Positions 35,183 to 51,599 of a stretch of DNA of 64,000 nt are shown here, piece by piece (positions within the stretch are counted from its first letter, which is position 1; each line of letters starts with the position of its first letter). The position numbers and the translations under genes are program-made. The DNA is from the human T2T-CHM13v2.0 reference genome, Homo sapiens. The notes under the pieces are model-generated. The model ran no database searches, had not been told where the DNA came from, and worked only from the letters and a program-made list of their open reading frames with translations. The stretch is taken from NCBI RefSeq assembly GCF_009914755.1, contig NC_060932.1; one strand, written 5' to 3'.

Positions 35183-35852
35183 TAAGTACTGCTCAAAACC
35201 AGTGACAAGAATATCAAAATTAGACAGAAAAGAGAGACATGTTGTATACAGAGGAATGAAGATAAGAATGACAGCCAATTTCATATCACAAACAATGTAA
35301 GAGAAGTGACAGGGGACAACATCTTTAAGTGCGGGGTGGGCAGGGCAGAGAACTGTTAACCTAGAATTCTGAACCCAGCAAAAAACCAACTCTTTCAAAA
35401 ACTAAGGTGAAACAAAGAATTTTTCAGAAATACAAAAGCAGAAGGCATTCAGCAGCAGCAGACTCGCATTATCAGAACTGTTTAAACAAAGTCTTTTAAG
35501 CATAAAGAAAATAGCACCATATGGAAACATGGATTAATAAAAAGAAATGAAGGCACAGGAAATGGTAACTACATGAGTAAATACATAAGATTTTCTTCTT
35601 GAAATCTCTTTACAATAATAATAAAGTCCTGTGGGGCTTATAATGTATGTATAAATAAAACGTATGACGACAATAGTATTAAAGCCCATAGGGAGGATTG
35701 CAACTACATTATAATAAGGTTCTTACAGTATACACGAAGATGTATAATGTCACTTCATGACAGACTATAAGTCAAAGATGTATATTCTAAACCTCAAATG
35801 CAACCACTAAGATAATAAAAGAGTTATAGCTAATAAGCCAATGAAGGAGATC

Positions 35853-37950
35853 AACTATCTTTGTTCATAGATGACATGGTTGTCTATTAGAAAATCTAAA
35901 AGAATTGACAAAAAAAACCCTCCTGGAGTGAAGAGCAATAATTAGAAGGATGCAGGACACAAGGTTAATATACAAAAGTCAATCGCTTTCCTATATACCA
36001 GCAATGAACAAGTCAAATTTGAAAGTAAAAACATAATATCACTAGCATCCCCAAAATGAAATACTGTGCTATAAATCTAACAAAACATGTACAAGAGCTA
36101 CACGAGGAAAACTACAAAACTCTGATGAGAGAAAATCAAATAAGAACTAAATAAATGAAGAACTATTCTATGTTCATGGGTAGAAAGACTCAATATTGTC
36201 AAGATGTCAGTTCTTCTTAAGTTGATTATCTATAGATTTAATGCAATACCAACCATAATCCAACCGTGGACATTGAAAAACTGATTCTAAAGTTTATATG
36301 GAGAGGTAAAAGATCCAGAATAACTAACACAATATTGAAGGAGAAGAACAAAGTCATAGCACTGACACTACCCTATGTTAAGCCTTGCTATAAAGCTACA
36401 GTAATGAAGACAATGTGGTATTGGTGAAAGAAATAGATCAATGGACCAGAACAGAAACAAACAGATCACGGGAACAGAACAGAGAGTTCAGAAATACACT
36501 CATGTCTGTATCATAAACTCTGACAAAGGAAGAAAGGCACTAAAACAGAGAAAATATAGCCTTTTAAACAAATGGTGCTGGAACAACTGGACATCCACAT
36601 ACAAAGAAATTAATCTAGACATAGACTTTATGCCCTTCACAAAGAATTAGCTCAAAATGGATTGCAGAACTAAATGCAAAATGCAAAACTATAAAGCTCC
36701 TAGAAGATAACACAGGAGGAAATCTAGATAACCTTGGGTATGGCAATGCCATTTTACATACAACACCAAAGGTAGAATCAGTGAAAGAAAGAACTGGTAA
36801 GCTGGACTTCATTACAATTTAAAGCTTCTGCTCTGTTAAAGACACCACCAAGAGAATGAGAAGACAAGCCGTAGCAAATATATTCAAAGATTTATTTGGC
36901 AAAAGACTGTTATCCAAAATATACGAAGAACTCCAAAATCCCAATGATAAGAAAACAAACAATCTGATTTAAAAATGGGCCAAAGAGGTGAACAGACATT
37001 TCAACAAAAAAGAGGGAAAAAAAGGCAAATAAACATATAAAAAGATGCTAAACATCATACGTCAATAAGAAATTGTAAATTAAAATAATGATGAGATACC
37101 ACTATATGCTTATTAGAATCTAAAACACTGACAATACCAAATGCTGACAAGGCTGTGCAGCAACAGGAACTCAGTCATTGCTGATGGGAAAGCAAAATGG
37201 TACAGCCACTTTGGAAGAGAGTTTGTTGATTTATGACAAAACTGAAATACTCTTACTAGTATAATCTAGCAGTCACACTTCTCGGTATTTACCCAAATGA
37301 GTTGAAAATTTATGTCTACACAAAAACCTACATGTGGATGTTTAGAGAAGTTTTATTCATAATTGCCAAAACTTGGTAGCAACCAAGCAACCTTCAGTAG
37401 GTGAATGGATAAACTGTACTTATAGACAATGAAATAGTAGCACCAAAAAGAAATGAGCTATCAAGCCATGAAAAAATATGAAGGAAACATAAATGTGTAT
37501 TACTACGTAAATGAAGCCAATATGAAAAAGCTACACACTGTATAATTCCAACTATATGACATTCTAGAAAAGGCCAAACAATAGGGGTTAGGGTACAAAG
37601 AAGGATAAACAGGCAGAGAATAGAGGACATTTAGGGCAATACACCTATTCTGTATGATACTCTAATAGTGGATACATGTCATTAGACATTTATTCAAACG
37701 CATAGAATGTACAATGCCAAGAGTGAACCTTAGTGAAAACTGAACTTCGGTTGATATTGATGTGTTAATGTAGGTTCATTGATTATAACAAATGTACCAC
37801 TCTAGTGTGGGATGTTGAGAGTTTGAAAGGCTGTGTGTGTTTGTGTGTGTGCCTGTGTGTGCGGTGGGAGGGAGGGGTATATGGGAACTCTGTACTTTCT
37901 ACTCGATTTTGCTGTGAACCTAAAACTGCTCTAGAAATAGTGTATAAAAA
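35853..37950 (+). mobile_element. 5'-truncated L1 (L1MC1-like; ORF2 3' part plus 3' UTR) nested in the host L1
   Basis: Starts abruptly in ORF2 (ctatctttgttcatagatgacatg) and ends gctgtgaacctaaaactgctctagaaatag..aaaaa. Host sequence ...aaggagat / aatggaatcataaaa rejoins across it. Confidence 0.85.
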
Positions 37951-38222
37951 TAATGGAATCATAAAAGTACTCAGTGAATCCAAAACAAGTCAGGAAAAGA
38001 GAAAAATAGAACAAAGAACAGTTGGGGAAGGCAGAAAACAAACAGAAGATGATATACTTAAACCTAAGTATATTAATAATCACATTAAATGTAAATGAAC
38101 TAAATGCAGACGCACCCAATAAAAGGCAAAGATTTTCAGGATAAAGAAAAGCAAGCACTTACAAAAAATGTACTTTAAGTGTAAAAAAATAAATAGGTTA
38201 AAATTTAAAGTATGGAAAAAGG

Positions 38223-38563
<341 letters not shown>

Positions 38564-40416
38564 TTAACATCATAGCAATTGATATTATAAAGTTATAAAT
38601 GCCATTTCATAAGTATAAAGGGGTCAATTCCTCAAAAAATACATAAGAATCCTAAATTACATACGTAATAACAGAGCTCCAAAATTCGTTAAGTAAAATC
38701 TAATGGAGCTGATTGGTAACAGACAAATCTGCTATGGTAGGTGGGCAACTGAATATCTTGTTTCAATGATCGATACCAGCAAATAGAAAATCAGCCAGGG
38801 CATAAAAGACTGAAATGACATTGTCAGACAACTTGTTCTAATCAATATTTACAGAACATCCTGCTTGAAAATAGTAGAATATAAATTATATCAAGTGAAC
38901 ATTGAGTATTTATCAATATAGACCATATTCTTGACTAGAAGTTTAAAAGGATTCAAGTCATACAATGGATGTTCCCTGACAACAATGAAATTAAATTAGC
39001 AATCACTAACAGAAAAATACATGGAAAATTCCCAAATCTTTAGAAACTGAACAACACACTTCCAAATAACCCTCAGGTCAAAGAAGAAATTAAGTGAGAA
39101 ATTAAGAATTATTTCAAACTGAATAAAAATGAAAGTATAACATATCAAAATCTGCGAGCCATCACTAAAGCAATGCTTACAAGGAAATTCATAGCACAAA
39201 TCACCTATTAGAAAAAAACTCAAATTTATGATTTCGTCTTCCACTTTATAAATCAGGAATAGAAGAACAAACTAAATGCAAAGAAAGAAAAGAAAAGGAT
39301 GAACAGCAAAATGGAAATCAATGAAATAACAAACAGAAAATCAATAGAAAAAAAATCAATGAAACCAAAAGCTGGTTCTTAGAGAAGCTCAACAGAATCT
39401 ATAAATCTCTAGCCAAACTGATCAGGAAAGGAAGGAAGACAGAAATTATCAATATCACGATAAAAGAGATGACATCACTGTAGGTTCTCTAAATATTGAA
39501 AAGAAAATAAGGAAATATTCTGAAAAGCTTCATTTCATTTGACAACATAGATAAAATGGATAATTTCATTGAAAGACACATACTACCAAAGTTCACTAAA
39601 GAAGAAACAGCTAATCAGAATATTCTTTAATATACCTACAAAAGAAGTTGAATTCATAGTCAACATCCACAAAGAAACTTCAGGTCCCGATTATTTTACT
39701 AGCAGATTCTACCAAACATTGAAGAAAGACACAAACTCTTCCAGAAAATCAGAGGGAATATTTTCCAACTCATCTTCTGAGTCCAGCATTATCCTGATGC
39801 CAAACCAAGACAGGAATGTTACAAAAGAACTACAAATATCCCTTATAAACATAGATTAAAACATTCTTACAAGGTTTTTTAGGATACTGAATCCAACATA
39901 TATGAAAACATAATATCATTACCAACTGAAGATCATCTTAGGAATGCAAGGTTGGTTTAGCATTTGAAAATCAATCAACGTAATTCACCATATTAACAAA
40001 TAAAAAAAGAGAAACCATATGATCATCTTAATGGTTGCAGAAAAAGTGTGTGACACTACACAACATTCATTCCTGATTGAAAATGTAAAAACTCTCAGCA
40101 AGCCAGGACAGGAGAGAGGTGCCTCCACTTGATCAAGGCCATCTCTGAAAATCCACAGACATCATACTTAAGGGTAAAAGACCCCATGCTTTCCCCTTCA
40201 GATCAGAAAATTTCTTATTCTCAGCATTTCTATTCAACACTGCACTGGAAGTACTAGGCAAAGAAAAAATAAAATGCATTAGTTTGGAAAAGAATTAAAA
40301 TTGTCTTTATCCTCAGATGACATGATTGACTTTGTAGGAAATCCAGTGGAATCTTTAAAAACAGCCACTAGAATAAGTAGGCTTAGTAAGGTTTTAGGCT
40401 ATAAGATCAACATATA

Positions 40417-40725
<309 letters not shown>

Positions 40726-40730
40726 AGACT

Positions 40731-40733
<3 letters not shown>

Positions 40734-40766
<33 letters not shown>
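40734..40766. repeat. (TA)n microsatellite
   Basis: Pure AT dinucleotide run growing from the downstream TSD copy. Confidence 0.95.
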
Positions 40767-40769
<3 letters not shown>

Positions 40770-41361
40770 CAACTGCATTTCCATATAGTAACAATAAGCA
40801 ATTGGAAATCAAAACTTAAAAAATACTATTTACAATAGCATAAAGAATATGAAATACTTAGGGCTGAATCTGACAGAAGGCGTGTGAGACTGGTATGTGG
40901 AAATCCACAAAATATTTACAGAAATTATAGACGGCTCAAAAAAATGAAGAGATATACCTTGATCCTGGTTAGGAAAACTCAATACAAAGATGTCAGTTCT
41001 CCCCAGATTGATCTACGTATTCAACATCATTCCAATTAAAATTCCAGCAGGCCTTAAAAAAAATAGAAAGTGGCAAACTGATGAGAAGATTCATATGGAA
41101 ATACAAAAGACCTAGAATGGCCAAAATATTACCTGACTTTAGGAGTTTTCGCACAACAGCAATAATTAAGACTGCGTGGTATTAGTTTCAAGACAGACAA
41201 GCAGATAATTAAAACAGAATAAATAGTCCAGAAATAGATCTGCACATATACGGACAAATGATGTTTGACAAATATGCAAAGGCAATTCAGTCAAGAAAAG
41301 ACTGTCTTTTCAACAAATGAGGCTGGAACAACTGAATACACACTCGCTAAAATGAACTTCA

Positions 41362-41904
<543 letters not shown>

Positions 41905-42042
41905 TCAAAAGACACTATTAAGAGAATGAAAAGACAAGTTACAGATAGGGAATATGTACTTGCAAATCATCAATTTTATGAAGGACTTATATACACAATA
42001 TATGAAGCACTCTCAAATGTTACTAATAAGAAAATAACTCAA

Positions 42043-42383
<341 letters not shown>

Positions 42384-43464
42384 CTAAGGAAGACAACATA
42401 GATGGCAGGTAAGCATATAAGGTACTTAACACCGTGAGTCAGTAGGGAGATGCAAATCAAAACCACAGCGAGACGCGAATTCACTAATCCGTTAGAGGGC
42501 CTAGGGTGAAAATGACCGACCACATCAAGTGCGGTGGGGAGGCGGAGGAACTGGAACTCTCGTGCACTGCCAGTGGGCATGTAAAATGGCACAACCACTT
42601 TGTAGAACAGTTTGGAAGCTTCTTAAAAAAAAAAAAATACAACTACCACCTGACCTAGCAATTCTACTCCTAGGCAGTTACTCCAAATAAATGAAAGCAC
42701 ACGTCCACACAAAGTCTTTTACACAAATGGTCTTAGCTGCTTTACATTTGTAATAAGCCACAAACTGGAAGCAAGCCAAGTGTCTATCAAGTGAGTGGAT
42801 CAGAACTGTTATGGTATATGCATACAGTGGAATACTACTCAGCAGAACAAAAGAGCTACCGGGACATGCAAAAACATACCTGAATCACACTGCATGAACA
42901 AAGCCAGTTAAAAAAACAGTGTGGGAATCCATTTATTTAAAACTCTAGAAAGTGCAACCTCACCTACAGTGACAGAAAACGGGTCAGTGATCGGAGGGGA
43001 AGGTGTCAGGGAGGGTCAGAAAGGAGCAGGAGGGAGCTTGGGAGAGATGAACGCACTCCGTCCAATCTTGGTGGTGGTGACGGTTTCACGGGTGTGTATG
43101 CTTCAGAACACACCAAATGATACATGTTAAATATGTTTCATTTATTGTGTGTCAGTAAGACTACAACAAAGCTGTTAAAAAAATTCAGAGACTGAGTCAG
43201 TCATGGCACACCAACAATCACTTCTATTACTACCAGCACCCAGTAAGTCCTTGCCTTTCTTATGAAAACACAGCGAGCTGACGGGCGTGAGTGAGTGTGG
43301 CCACCCAGCACAGTCACAGCCTGCGGGAATGGCCAGTCACTGCTTGATTTGAATTTGAGGAGGAAAAATCTCGTTCAGAGGCAACTGAGCTGCTTTATGA
43401 CTCTTGTAGCCTGAGCGGGGAGGGGTGGGGGGCAGATGTGGCTGGACCCACTGTACAGTCATGA

Positions 43465-43620
43465 CTCTTTCATCCTCACTGCAGCCTTGGGAGCAGGGGT
43501 TGCTGTCGCCACCCTTTAAGGATGAGGACCTGGGGTTCAAAGAGATGACACCTTCCCTAAAATCTCCCTGCCGGGCAGGGGCAGAGCCAAGGGAAGGTGG
43601 GAACCGGGCCTGCCTGGCTC
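43465..43620 (-). mobile_element. MIR fragment
   Basis: ttcatcctcactgcagcc...ccctttaaggatgaggacctggggttcaaagag. Confidence 0.55.
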
Positions 43621-46600
43621 TGTCCTCCCTTCTGCCCCGACCCTGCAGACGCTTTCAAAGCCTAATATGGAAAAAGGCCTCACCGAAAGCTTAAATGTAA
43701 ATGAACCAAGCTAAGGACGCTGATATACACAGAATTTCTTTCTACATGGTTATTAGGTTAATAGTTAAAAACTGGCGACTATTAACTTTCACTTTAAATT
43801 TATTGTTCAAGCTAACACCACTGTTTTTCAACGTCCCTGTCCGGGGTCGGTGCTACCTGCCAATGAGCACCTGGGTGTGTTTCTGTCTAGAGACCACTGG
43901 GTGCTCACCAGACCCCACAGGAAGACGGCTCCCAGGGGTGTGGCTTTGAGCAATTTTGATTTCATCGCCAGGCCTCCAGATGTGTCCTGGGTGAAAATCT
44001 TGATTGGGCCTGTCTTCCAGGGCTACTGTCAGGACCAAATCGGGTGGGGGCATGAAAGAGCTTTGCAAGGCACGGGGTTGTGGGAAGTGAGACTAGGAAC
44101 CCCACCGCGGGCATCTGACCCTGTGGCGTCCTCCACCACTGCCAACCATGGTACTACAAAGGGCATGGACTCAGAACTAGGAACCCGAATTCCAACCAGG
44201 CTTCAGCCCAGAAGCCACTTCCCCACTGCACTGGTTTCTGCTGGGGACAATGATGACAACACCCTAAGTCCCACAGGACCGCCTCCCAGATCAAAAACCC
44301 ACATGCCCCTCTTGGCGCCTGGCAGGGCAGCCCCTCCTGTGGCCCAGGACTCTGCTGAGCTTCAGGTCCTGGGTGGCTAATGTGTGTGTCAGTGTATGTT
44401 GGAGGAGGGGAAGGGTGGTGGATTAATTTTAAAATTTAACTTGCTTTCCTTTTTCCCACAGGGAAAAGGAGTGGGAACAGGTTTCTAAAAATAGCCTGGC
44501 CTGTCAAAACTGTTAACTATCAGGCAGGGCAAGGATGGCGGCTGCTGGGGAGGGAGAGCGGGAGCTGCGGAGGATCCCAGCCTGGCCCTTCCTGGTGCCA
44601 GCACCCTCCAGGCACAGCCAGCCATCGGGCGGCCCATGGTCCTGGGGCATGGCAGCTGCTCAGGCAGTGCCAGCAGACCCTGGCATGGAGGTCCGTGGCC
44701 ACTCCACGACAGCCCATGAAGAACGGTACCCACCCCCGCCCCCGTGTGAGATGCTGGCCCTGGGCACACGCTTTGTTCTCCCACCTCCCTCCTGACGGCC
44801 ACGCAGAGTCGAGTTACCATCACGCCTGCCTTCGTGGGCGCAGGCTGAGCACAAGGTCCACAGCCCTCCCTTGACACAAAGTCAACTCACTGTGACCCAC
44901 AAATCACACAACACCCTGGGCCAGCTGCCTTCACAAGAGGTGTGGTGGGGGGCTTTCAGAAACAAAACAAGATATTGAGGGCCAGCACAGGGGCCCTGTT
45001 GCCAACCTTCTGCAGGTCAGACCAAAGTTTTAAAAGAAAAGCCCACGTGGGGAGCATTTTGTTTTGAAAAAGCCAAAAACAAAACACTGAATTCTTTCTG
45101 AGAAACATTCTATCCATGAAGATGCAAACAAATTATGGGAGGCTAAGAACACGGTACAGCTAAAATCAGCATGCACGCTCATCTAAACATCATAAATTAT
45201 CCAAAATGCACCAGAAATGTCAGTCTGGAGCTCTTGTGTGGGAAAGTGCTCCATTCACTTTGGCACTGGCTCACACTCATCTGCTGCAGCCCACGGCCTG
45301 CCCGGCGGGCGGGAGACCCACGCCTGCCTCGGAAGCACACAGCCAGGTGTCTAGGGTCCCGGGCCCGCACCAAGCTCTGGTGCTGCCTTGAGGGGAGCTG
45401 CGTGGTTGGGTTGTGAGATGGAAACTGAGGATTCCATGGTCTTCCCTGCCCACTCCTCAGGCCTGCTGGGAGCCACAGGGATGTGGTCGAAGGGTGTGCA
45501 CGCTGCCCCTCGGTGTGTGGCTGTGTGTGGTTATCACAGCAGCATCGCCTGACCCAGCTTCACATGCCTGTTTAGATGTGGCCTCATCCCCCCCCAGGAT
45601 ATCTACATCTCAGACCTCCTGAGCCACACTTTAACACAGGGAGGGGCGAGTGCCTCTCTGAGAGCTTCCTATGGGCCCAGCATTTTTGGGCATCTGCTCA
45701 TGTAACCTGGCACCCAACCTGTGTGGTCAACAGTGCTGGGGGGACACCCAGACCTCCCTCTTCCGGCCGTCCACATGTTCCTGGCTCTTTGCTCCCGAGT
45801 GCCCTGTGCTGGGATGAAGGGTAAGTACACCTGTGACGCCGGAAGCCTGTGTGGGTCCCAGGGGAAGGCCAGGTAGGAGGGAGGTGGTTAGGAAAACCGA
45901 GAGAATCATGTGATCGAGGGAGGACCAAATGGCGGTCTTACTGAGCAGAGACCTCAACTCCAGGACCGGTACATCCCTTCTGTAGGCCGGCCTCAGTGCA
46001 GCATTTGAAGGCGGTGCTCTGATGAAGGCGGGCCCTACCCACAGCCTTCTCGGGCTCCCGTCCCGGTGCGTCCCTCCCGACCCAGGGGAAGGACATTTGG
46101 TGTGGATCATCCTTCTCAGTAATGGGGTTATTTGGGGCCTGGCCGGGCTGGGGAACATGACGCCGCGTCGCTGCTGAGCGGGAACAGCAGGTGTCTGTCC
46201 ATGCATCTGCGGAACATGCTCGCAGCACAATCTCTACATCAGGACACACACACGGGCAAGGACACTGGGAAATTGAATCTTATTACTAATTAATGGCTTT
46301 AATGCCTATGATTAGGCCTCAAAAACAGCCTATTTTCCGAAAGATAAGTTTAGCCCTGTTTGAACAGGAACTCAAGTGCTCTGCTGCCGCTGACGCAGAG
46401 AGCTCAGCTCCACTAATCACATTCAGAAGTTCCGAGCCCACCACCTAGAGTTTCAGAAACTGTGCGCTGAGAATGAAAGAGACCGGGGAGCGCTTTGTTC
46501 TTCAGCAAGAGGTGCCATGGTAGGGGCACGGACAAGCGTGGGGTATGGGGTTCGGAGACCACAGCCGGTGCTCACAGGGGAAGGCAGGCCTCCATCTCTG

Positions 46601-46644
46601 CCCTGAGAGGCAGGCTCTGGGCACTGACTGCAATCCAAGGGGTT

Positions 46645-46848
46645 GGGGTTCTCACCAGGGGTGGTCCTGCCCCTGGGGAGACACTTGGCGGAGCCTGGAG
46701 ACATTGCTGGTTGTCACATCTGGTGGAGTGGGTGCTACCGGCATTCAGTGGGTAGAGAGCATGGACGCCGCTGCACGTCTGACAATGCACAGGACAGCCC
46801 CACGGCACAGGATGATGGGCCCCAAATGTCCGTCTGTCCAGGTGGAGA
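46645..46848. mobile_element. MER20 (hAT-Charlie) remnant
   Basis: ggttctcaccagggg...ctggagacattgctggttgtcaca...agtgggtagag...acaatgcacaggacagcccc...ggcccaaatgtc. Confidence 0.85.
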
Positions 46849-46850
46849 GT

Positions 46851-47228
46851 GGTTATGGTTGGATGTTTGTCTCCACCAAATCTCATGGTGAAATCCAATC
46901 CCCAGCATTGGAGGTGGGGCCTGGTGTAAGGTGACTCGATGTAGGGGTGGATTTCTCATAAATGGTTAGCACCAGTGCCCTTGGTGCTGTCCTTGCGATA
47001 GTGAGTGATTTCTCGAGAGGTCTGATTGTTTAGGAGAGTGTGGCAACTTCCTCCTCCTTCTCTATTGTGCCCGCTCTACCTTCTGCCATGAGTCAAAGCT
47101 CCCTGAGGCCTCCCCAGAAGCCAAGAAGATACTGCCATGCTTCCTGGACAGCCTGCAGAACCACGAGCCAATTCACCCTCCTTTCTTTATAAGCCACCCA
47201 GCCTCAGGTATTCCTTGACAGCAATGAA
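46851..47228 (+). mobile_element. MSTB-like MaLR solo LTR
   Basis: atggttggatgtttgtctccaccaaatctcatg...ctgaggcctccccagaagc...cagcctgcagaacc..gagccaatt...cccagcctcaggtattc. Confidence 0.9.
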
Positions 47229-47347
47229 GGAAGGCACGGGGCTCCCAGGGGAGTGCACAAGCCACGCTGGTGAGAACAGGGTCGCAGATCCTCAGGGACG
47301 GTCCCTGTCATGCTGCCAGCTGGCCAGCTTCGGGCAACTGTGGCAGC

Positions 47348-47740
47348 CCAGACACACTCGCACTCTAACACGCAGACTCACACACACAGGCGCCCGTCTC
47401 CCCTGCACAGACTCTCACACAGGCGCCCGTCTCCCCTGCACAGACACACACACGCTCACACTCACACAGGCGCTCATCTCCCCTGCACACACTCACACAG
47501 GTACCCGTCTCCACTGCACAGACTCACACACACACTCACACAGGTGTGTCTCCTGTGCACAGACTCACGGGTACCCGTCTCCCGTGCACAGACTCACACA
47601 GGCACCCATCTCCCCTGCCCACAGACTCACACACACACTCACACAGGCACTCGTCTCTCCTGCACTCACTCACACAGGCGCCCATCTCCCCTGCACAGAC
47701 ACACACACACACTCACACAGGCGCCCGTCTCCCCTGCACT
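47348..47740. repeat. CA-rich minisatellite, core cacaggcgcccgtctcccctgcacagac with variable (CA)n spacers, ~10 copies
   Basis: Core repeats at ~31-47-bp spacing. Confidence 0.9.
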
Positions 47741-49221
47741 GCTTTGCCCGTAAGCCCAGGCGCTGGGCTCTGGTGCCCCTTCTAGCCTGGATGTTGTATG
47801 GATTGGCGCTACAGTCAAGGCAGGGCAGCATGGTGGTCACAAGCCCAGCTCAGGGGCAGCCCTGGCTCTGTCCTCGCCCAGCTGGGTGGTTGCTGGCACA
47901 TTAGAACCCCAGTTGCCTAACACAAAGGGACAGGGACAGTGCACAGGTCACTCTGCATGGGATGCGGCTCCGCAACCCAGGACTCAGCACTGCCATCACC
48001 CCTCTGCAGCGCGCGTGGGGTGGGGGTGTGGAAGGAGCCCCTCGACAAGGATTCCACCATCACTGCGTGGTCAGGCTCCCAGGAGCTACTTGTCCATACC
48101 CCAGCTTTCAGCACACGTCACCTCCCACAGGGAGCCCTCCCTGATTTCCCCCAAATAAAACAGGCTCTTGCCCGCCGCCTGCCGCCTATTCTTTTTTTCT
48201 GTCCCCGTCAACATTTGCCCTGTGCTAGACTCCAGGCCTGTGCTGGTACAGAGGCTCTAGGGGTAGAGAGCACAGTCCCCCATTCCTGTCTGCTGGGGAG
48301 ACAGACACTCAGACAGCAGGTTTAGTCTCCCTTGAGGTCCTGAGATGGGGGGTGGCCAGGGGAGTAGGGGGACCTCTCCATCTCAGGAGAGCTTCTGGAG
48401 GACATGCCTAAGTGGCATGCTGAGGGTGGAAAGAATTATCCAGATGGCAGCAGGCAGGAAAGGCCTAGAGGCAGAGAGAACAGTGTGAGCAGAGGCCAAA
48501 GAGCAGTCTGTGTGTGCCACACGCGTGTGCGCGTGTGTGCGTGGGCCTGGCTGCGTGTGGGCCTGGCATGGTGTGCTGTGGGGCGCTTACATACACAGAT
48601 GCACTTGGGAGACAAATGCCCCACTGTTCCCACTGAACGAAGCAGCAACTTGGTGGCAGACGCCTGGATGTGGGGCTGATGGGGTAGGCCAGGGCCAGGC
48701 TGGGGAGCCAGGGCCACCAGCCTAGAAGCCCTGCTACCCTGTGTCTGAAAACTCCAACCCAGCACCTGAAGACCAGTCCTGGGTGTCTGCACTGCACAAG
48801 GAAGGAAGCAGGAGCTCCGGGGCTGCAGGCCTGGGACCCCCACAGTGCATTGCAGAGCTGGACCCACGGCCGGCGAGGGATGGGCTCAGCCTGCACCCCA
48901 CCTGGAGCAATAGTGCTGCTATCTAGTCAGACTTTACATCCTACTCGTGCAGGGACGAGAACCAACAGCAGTTGGAAAAAACATCATTCACAGGGAAGCA
49001 AGAGGAATACAGGGTCTCCACGGGCCATCTTCTGTCAAGGGACGGAGCTGGCAGGTGGCAGGGACAGTTCCACAGAGCAGCTCCTGGCATCTTGGGGCCC
49101 ACAGGACTAGCTTGCCACCTGGACAGAGTGATCCGCTGGGTCTGGCGTTGCACTGAGATGCGCACCCAGCCAGGGGTCCAAGGCGGCCCAGCTGCCAGGG
49201 AGGAATGCTGTGCTCACATCC

Positions 49222-49320
49222 AGCCTCTGCCACTTACTAAGCTGCATGCACTGGGCAAGGTGCTTCATCTCTCGGAGCCTACATTTCTTCTTGGAGTCGC
49301 TGTCAGGACTAAACCAGGGG
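49222..49320 (+). mobile_element. MIR fragment
   Basis: ctctgccacttactaagctg...tgggcaagg.gcttcatctctcggagcct. Confidence 0.7.
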
Positions 49321-51599
49321 ACTCGGCTGTCCCCTCCTCTGCAGCCTTCTCTTCCAGGACCCCTCTGTCCCAACCAGACTCCTTTCCCTGTGTGTTCCAT
49401 CCACGCAAAGTGCCCACCCCGGCTGTGCCCACTCCAGCTCATGGGTGTGCCCTGCACTACTTGATGCCAGTCTTTGCAGGAGACTGCAGGTCTGTCACTC
49501 ATCAGGGGACTCCTGTTCAGCCCACAGGGCTCCACCCCAGCAGCATTTCTTCAAGGAAACCTTCTCCAGCCTTCACAGGCTCCTGCCCGCCACCTGCCGC
49601 CTGGCCCCTGGGAGCCCACTGTGCCTTGCGCTGACCTGGGGCCTGGACTGTTGCTGACAGTCACCTGTTTGTGCCACCATGGACTGAGAGTGCCGAAGAC
49701 TGGATAGAGACTTAGTCATCTCTGCACCCTAGTGCAGAGCTCAGGAGCCTCAGCTGAAGGAGACACAGCTTCCCTGAGGGCTGAAGTCGCTAGGGGTGGC
49801 CTGGGTTCAGAGGCTGTGGCTGTTTAGAGAGGTGGTACGGTACACCGTGGGTGGTACACAAGTCAGCCCAGATCCACATGGAGACCCAGATCCACATCCA
49901 ACTTGAGCAGCTCCAGACAGTGGAAAAAGGGCAGTTCACTCACTAACCTGAGTCGGAATGAAGGAGGGAGTGATATTTGAAATAAAATGGAAAGTCTCTC
50001 CCAGGACTGCAGGGCCACATGTCCTCCTCTCCCATCATCCCTACGACTTGAGCTCCCAGCTCCACCCCACTGGCCACAGCACCTCCCGACACGGCCTCTG
50101 CATGCTTGGGGCTTCAGCCACAGGCTCCTCCCCGTCACCCCTGCAGGTCTCTTGGGAGAGGCCTCCCCTGCTGACCCCCTTCCTGCCCCACTACTCCTGT
50201 CCCCCACCCTGCTCTGCTGTTCTTCATGGCTCTGAGCGTCGCTGGGCAGACCCCACCCATGCGGCTCACGCCTGCCCCGTGCCACCTGCCCCAGGAGCTC
50301 CTGAGAGCAGAGGCCTGGCTCCCACTGTGGTCCCAGCACCAAGAATCCTGCCTGGCTCTGTGACCTTGGTGGTCCCCTAACGATGTGCCGTGGGGTCAAA
50401 CAGGGCCTCCTCTCCTCCTCAGAAGCTGCCCGCACTTGTCCTCTAGCTGAACCTCAGGTACTCGCCTGCAGACATCTCAAATTACCACCCCATCTCAGGC
50501 CGTTTCCAGATGTCGCTGTCCATAGACAGGTGTGCCAGAAAAAGGGGACTCCAAGGCCAAATGGAGGCATTCTCGCTTACCAAAGGGGAGCGGTTTCGTT
50601 AGGCAGGGACTCCTGGGAGCCTCAGTTGAGCTGAGGTGCTGGCATTTCCACAACAGACGCTGGGCCCACTTCAGGGACACACTTAGGGAAAGCCAGGTGT
50701 GAACCCTGCCCAGCAACTGTGTGCTCCCCCAGGGCAGGGCCATGACCTGGCCATCCTCTTGGCTCCCGTTCCTGGCACTCCCTCTCCAGGAGCACTGCTG
50801 GGGACCCAGTGCTTCTGCCTGGGAGTTCTTGGTGCCTGAGGCTATGCTGGTCCCTGCCATCCTCAGAGGGGCTGGCGAGGACGAGTGCTCAGTAAAGACA
50901 GCAATCCAACCATACAAGCCAGCCTGTGGGAGTCGCCTACCATTCTGCACAAGTAGCAGTGGATGGCCCAGAAGTCATTGGACTTTTAAGGCCATTCACG
51001 TGGCAGAGGCTGTGCCATCCTGAGTCACCTGACATCAGGTCCATGGACCAACACAGATCCAGCTCCTTTCCTAAACCTGGGGTGAGGAGAACGCAGGGAA
51101 TAAAAAGACAAGAACCAGCATTCATTAAGCACTTACTACGTCCCAGTTATTTCTCATCCCTTAGCTTGCTTAGGCCTCTCAACTCCCCAAGAAAAAATAA
51201 CTTATCAGGGTCTTGAAGGGAGACCAAAGACAACGGGCAGGCACAAAAACTGATTTCACTGCCAGCCCAGGTCCCCCATGGGCCCTGCTGGGGAAGGCCC
51301 GGGGGCCCAGGTGTCCTGGCTCCAGCACAGAGCCTGTTCTTCTCTGCAAGGTTTGCATTGTGCCCACAACCCCATTTATCAGACAATTACGGTGAGAGGA
51401 AGCGCACTGCCGAGAAGTCAGGAGAGCCAGGCAGCCATCCCGTGTTTGCAGTTAATTCCCCATGGGCCCTTCGGGAAGATGCCACACTTCTCCTGGACAC
51501 AGAGATCTCAGAACACTGCCTGTGAGATGAGTCGGACCAGATGATCCCCAGGGACCCTTCCACCACTTGCAGCCTGTGTTTGTGTGATTCAAACACAGC

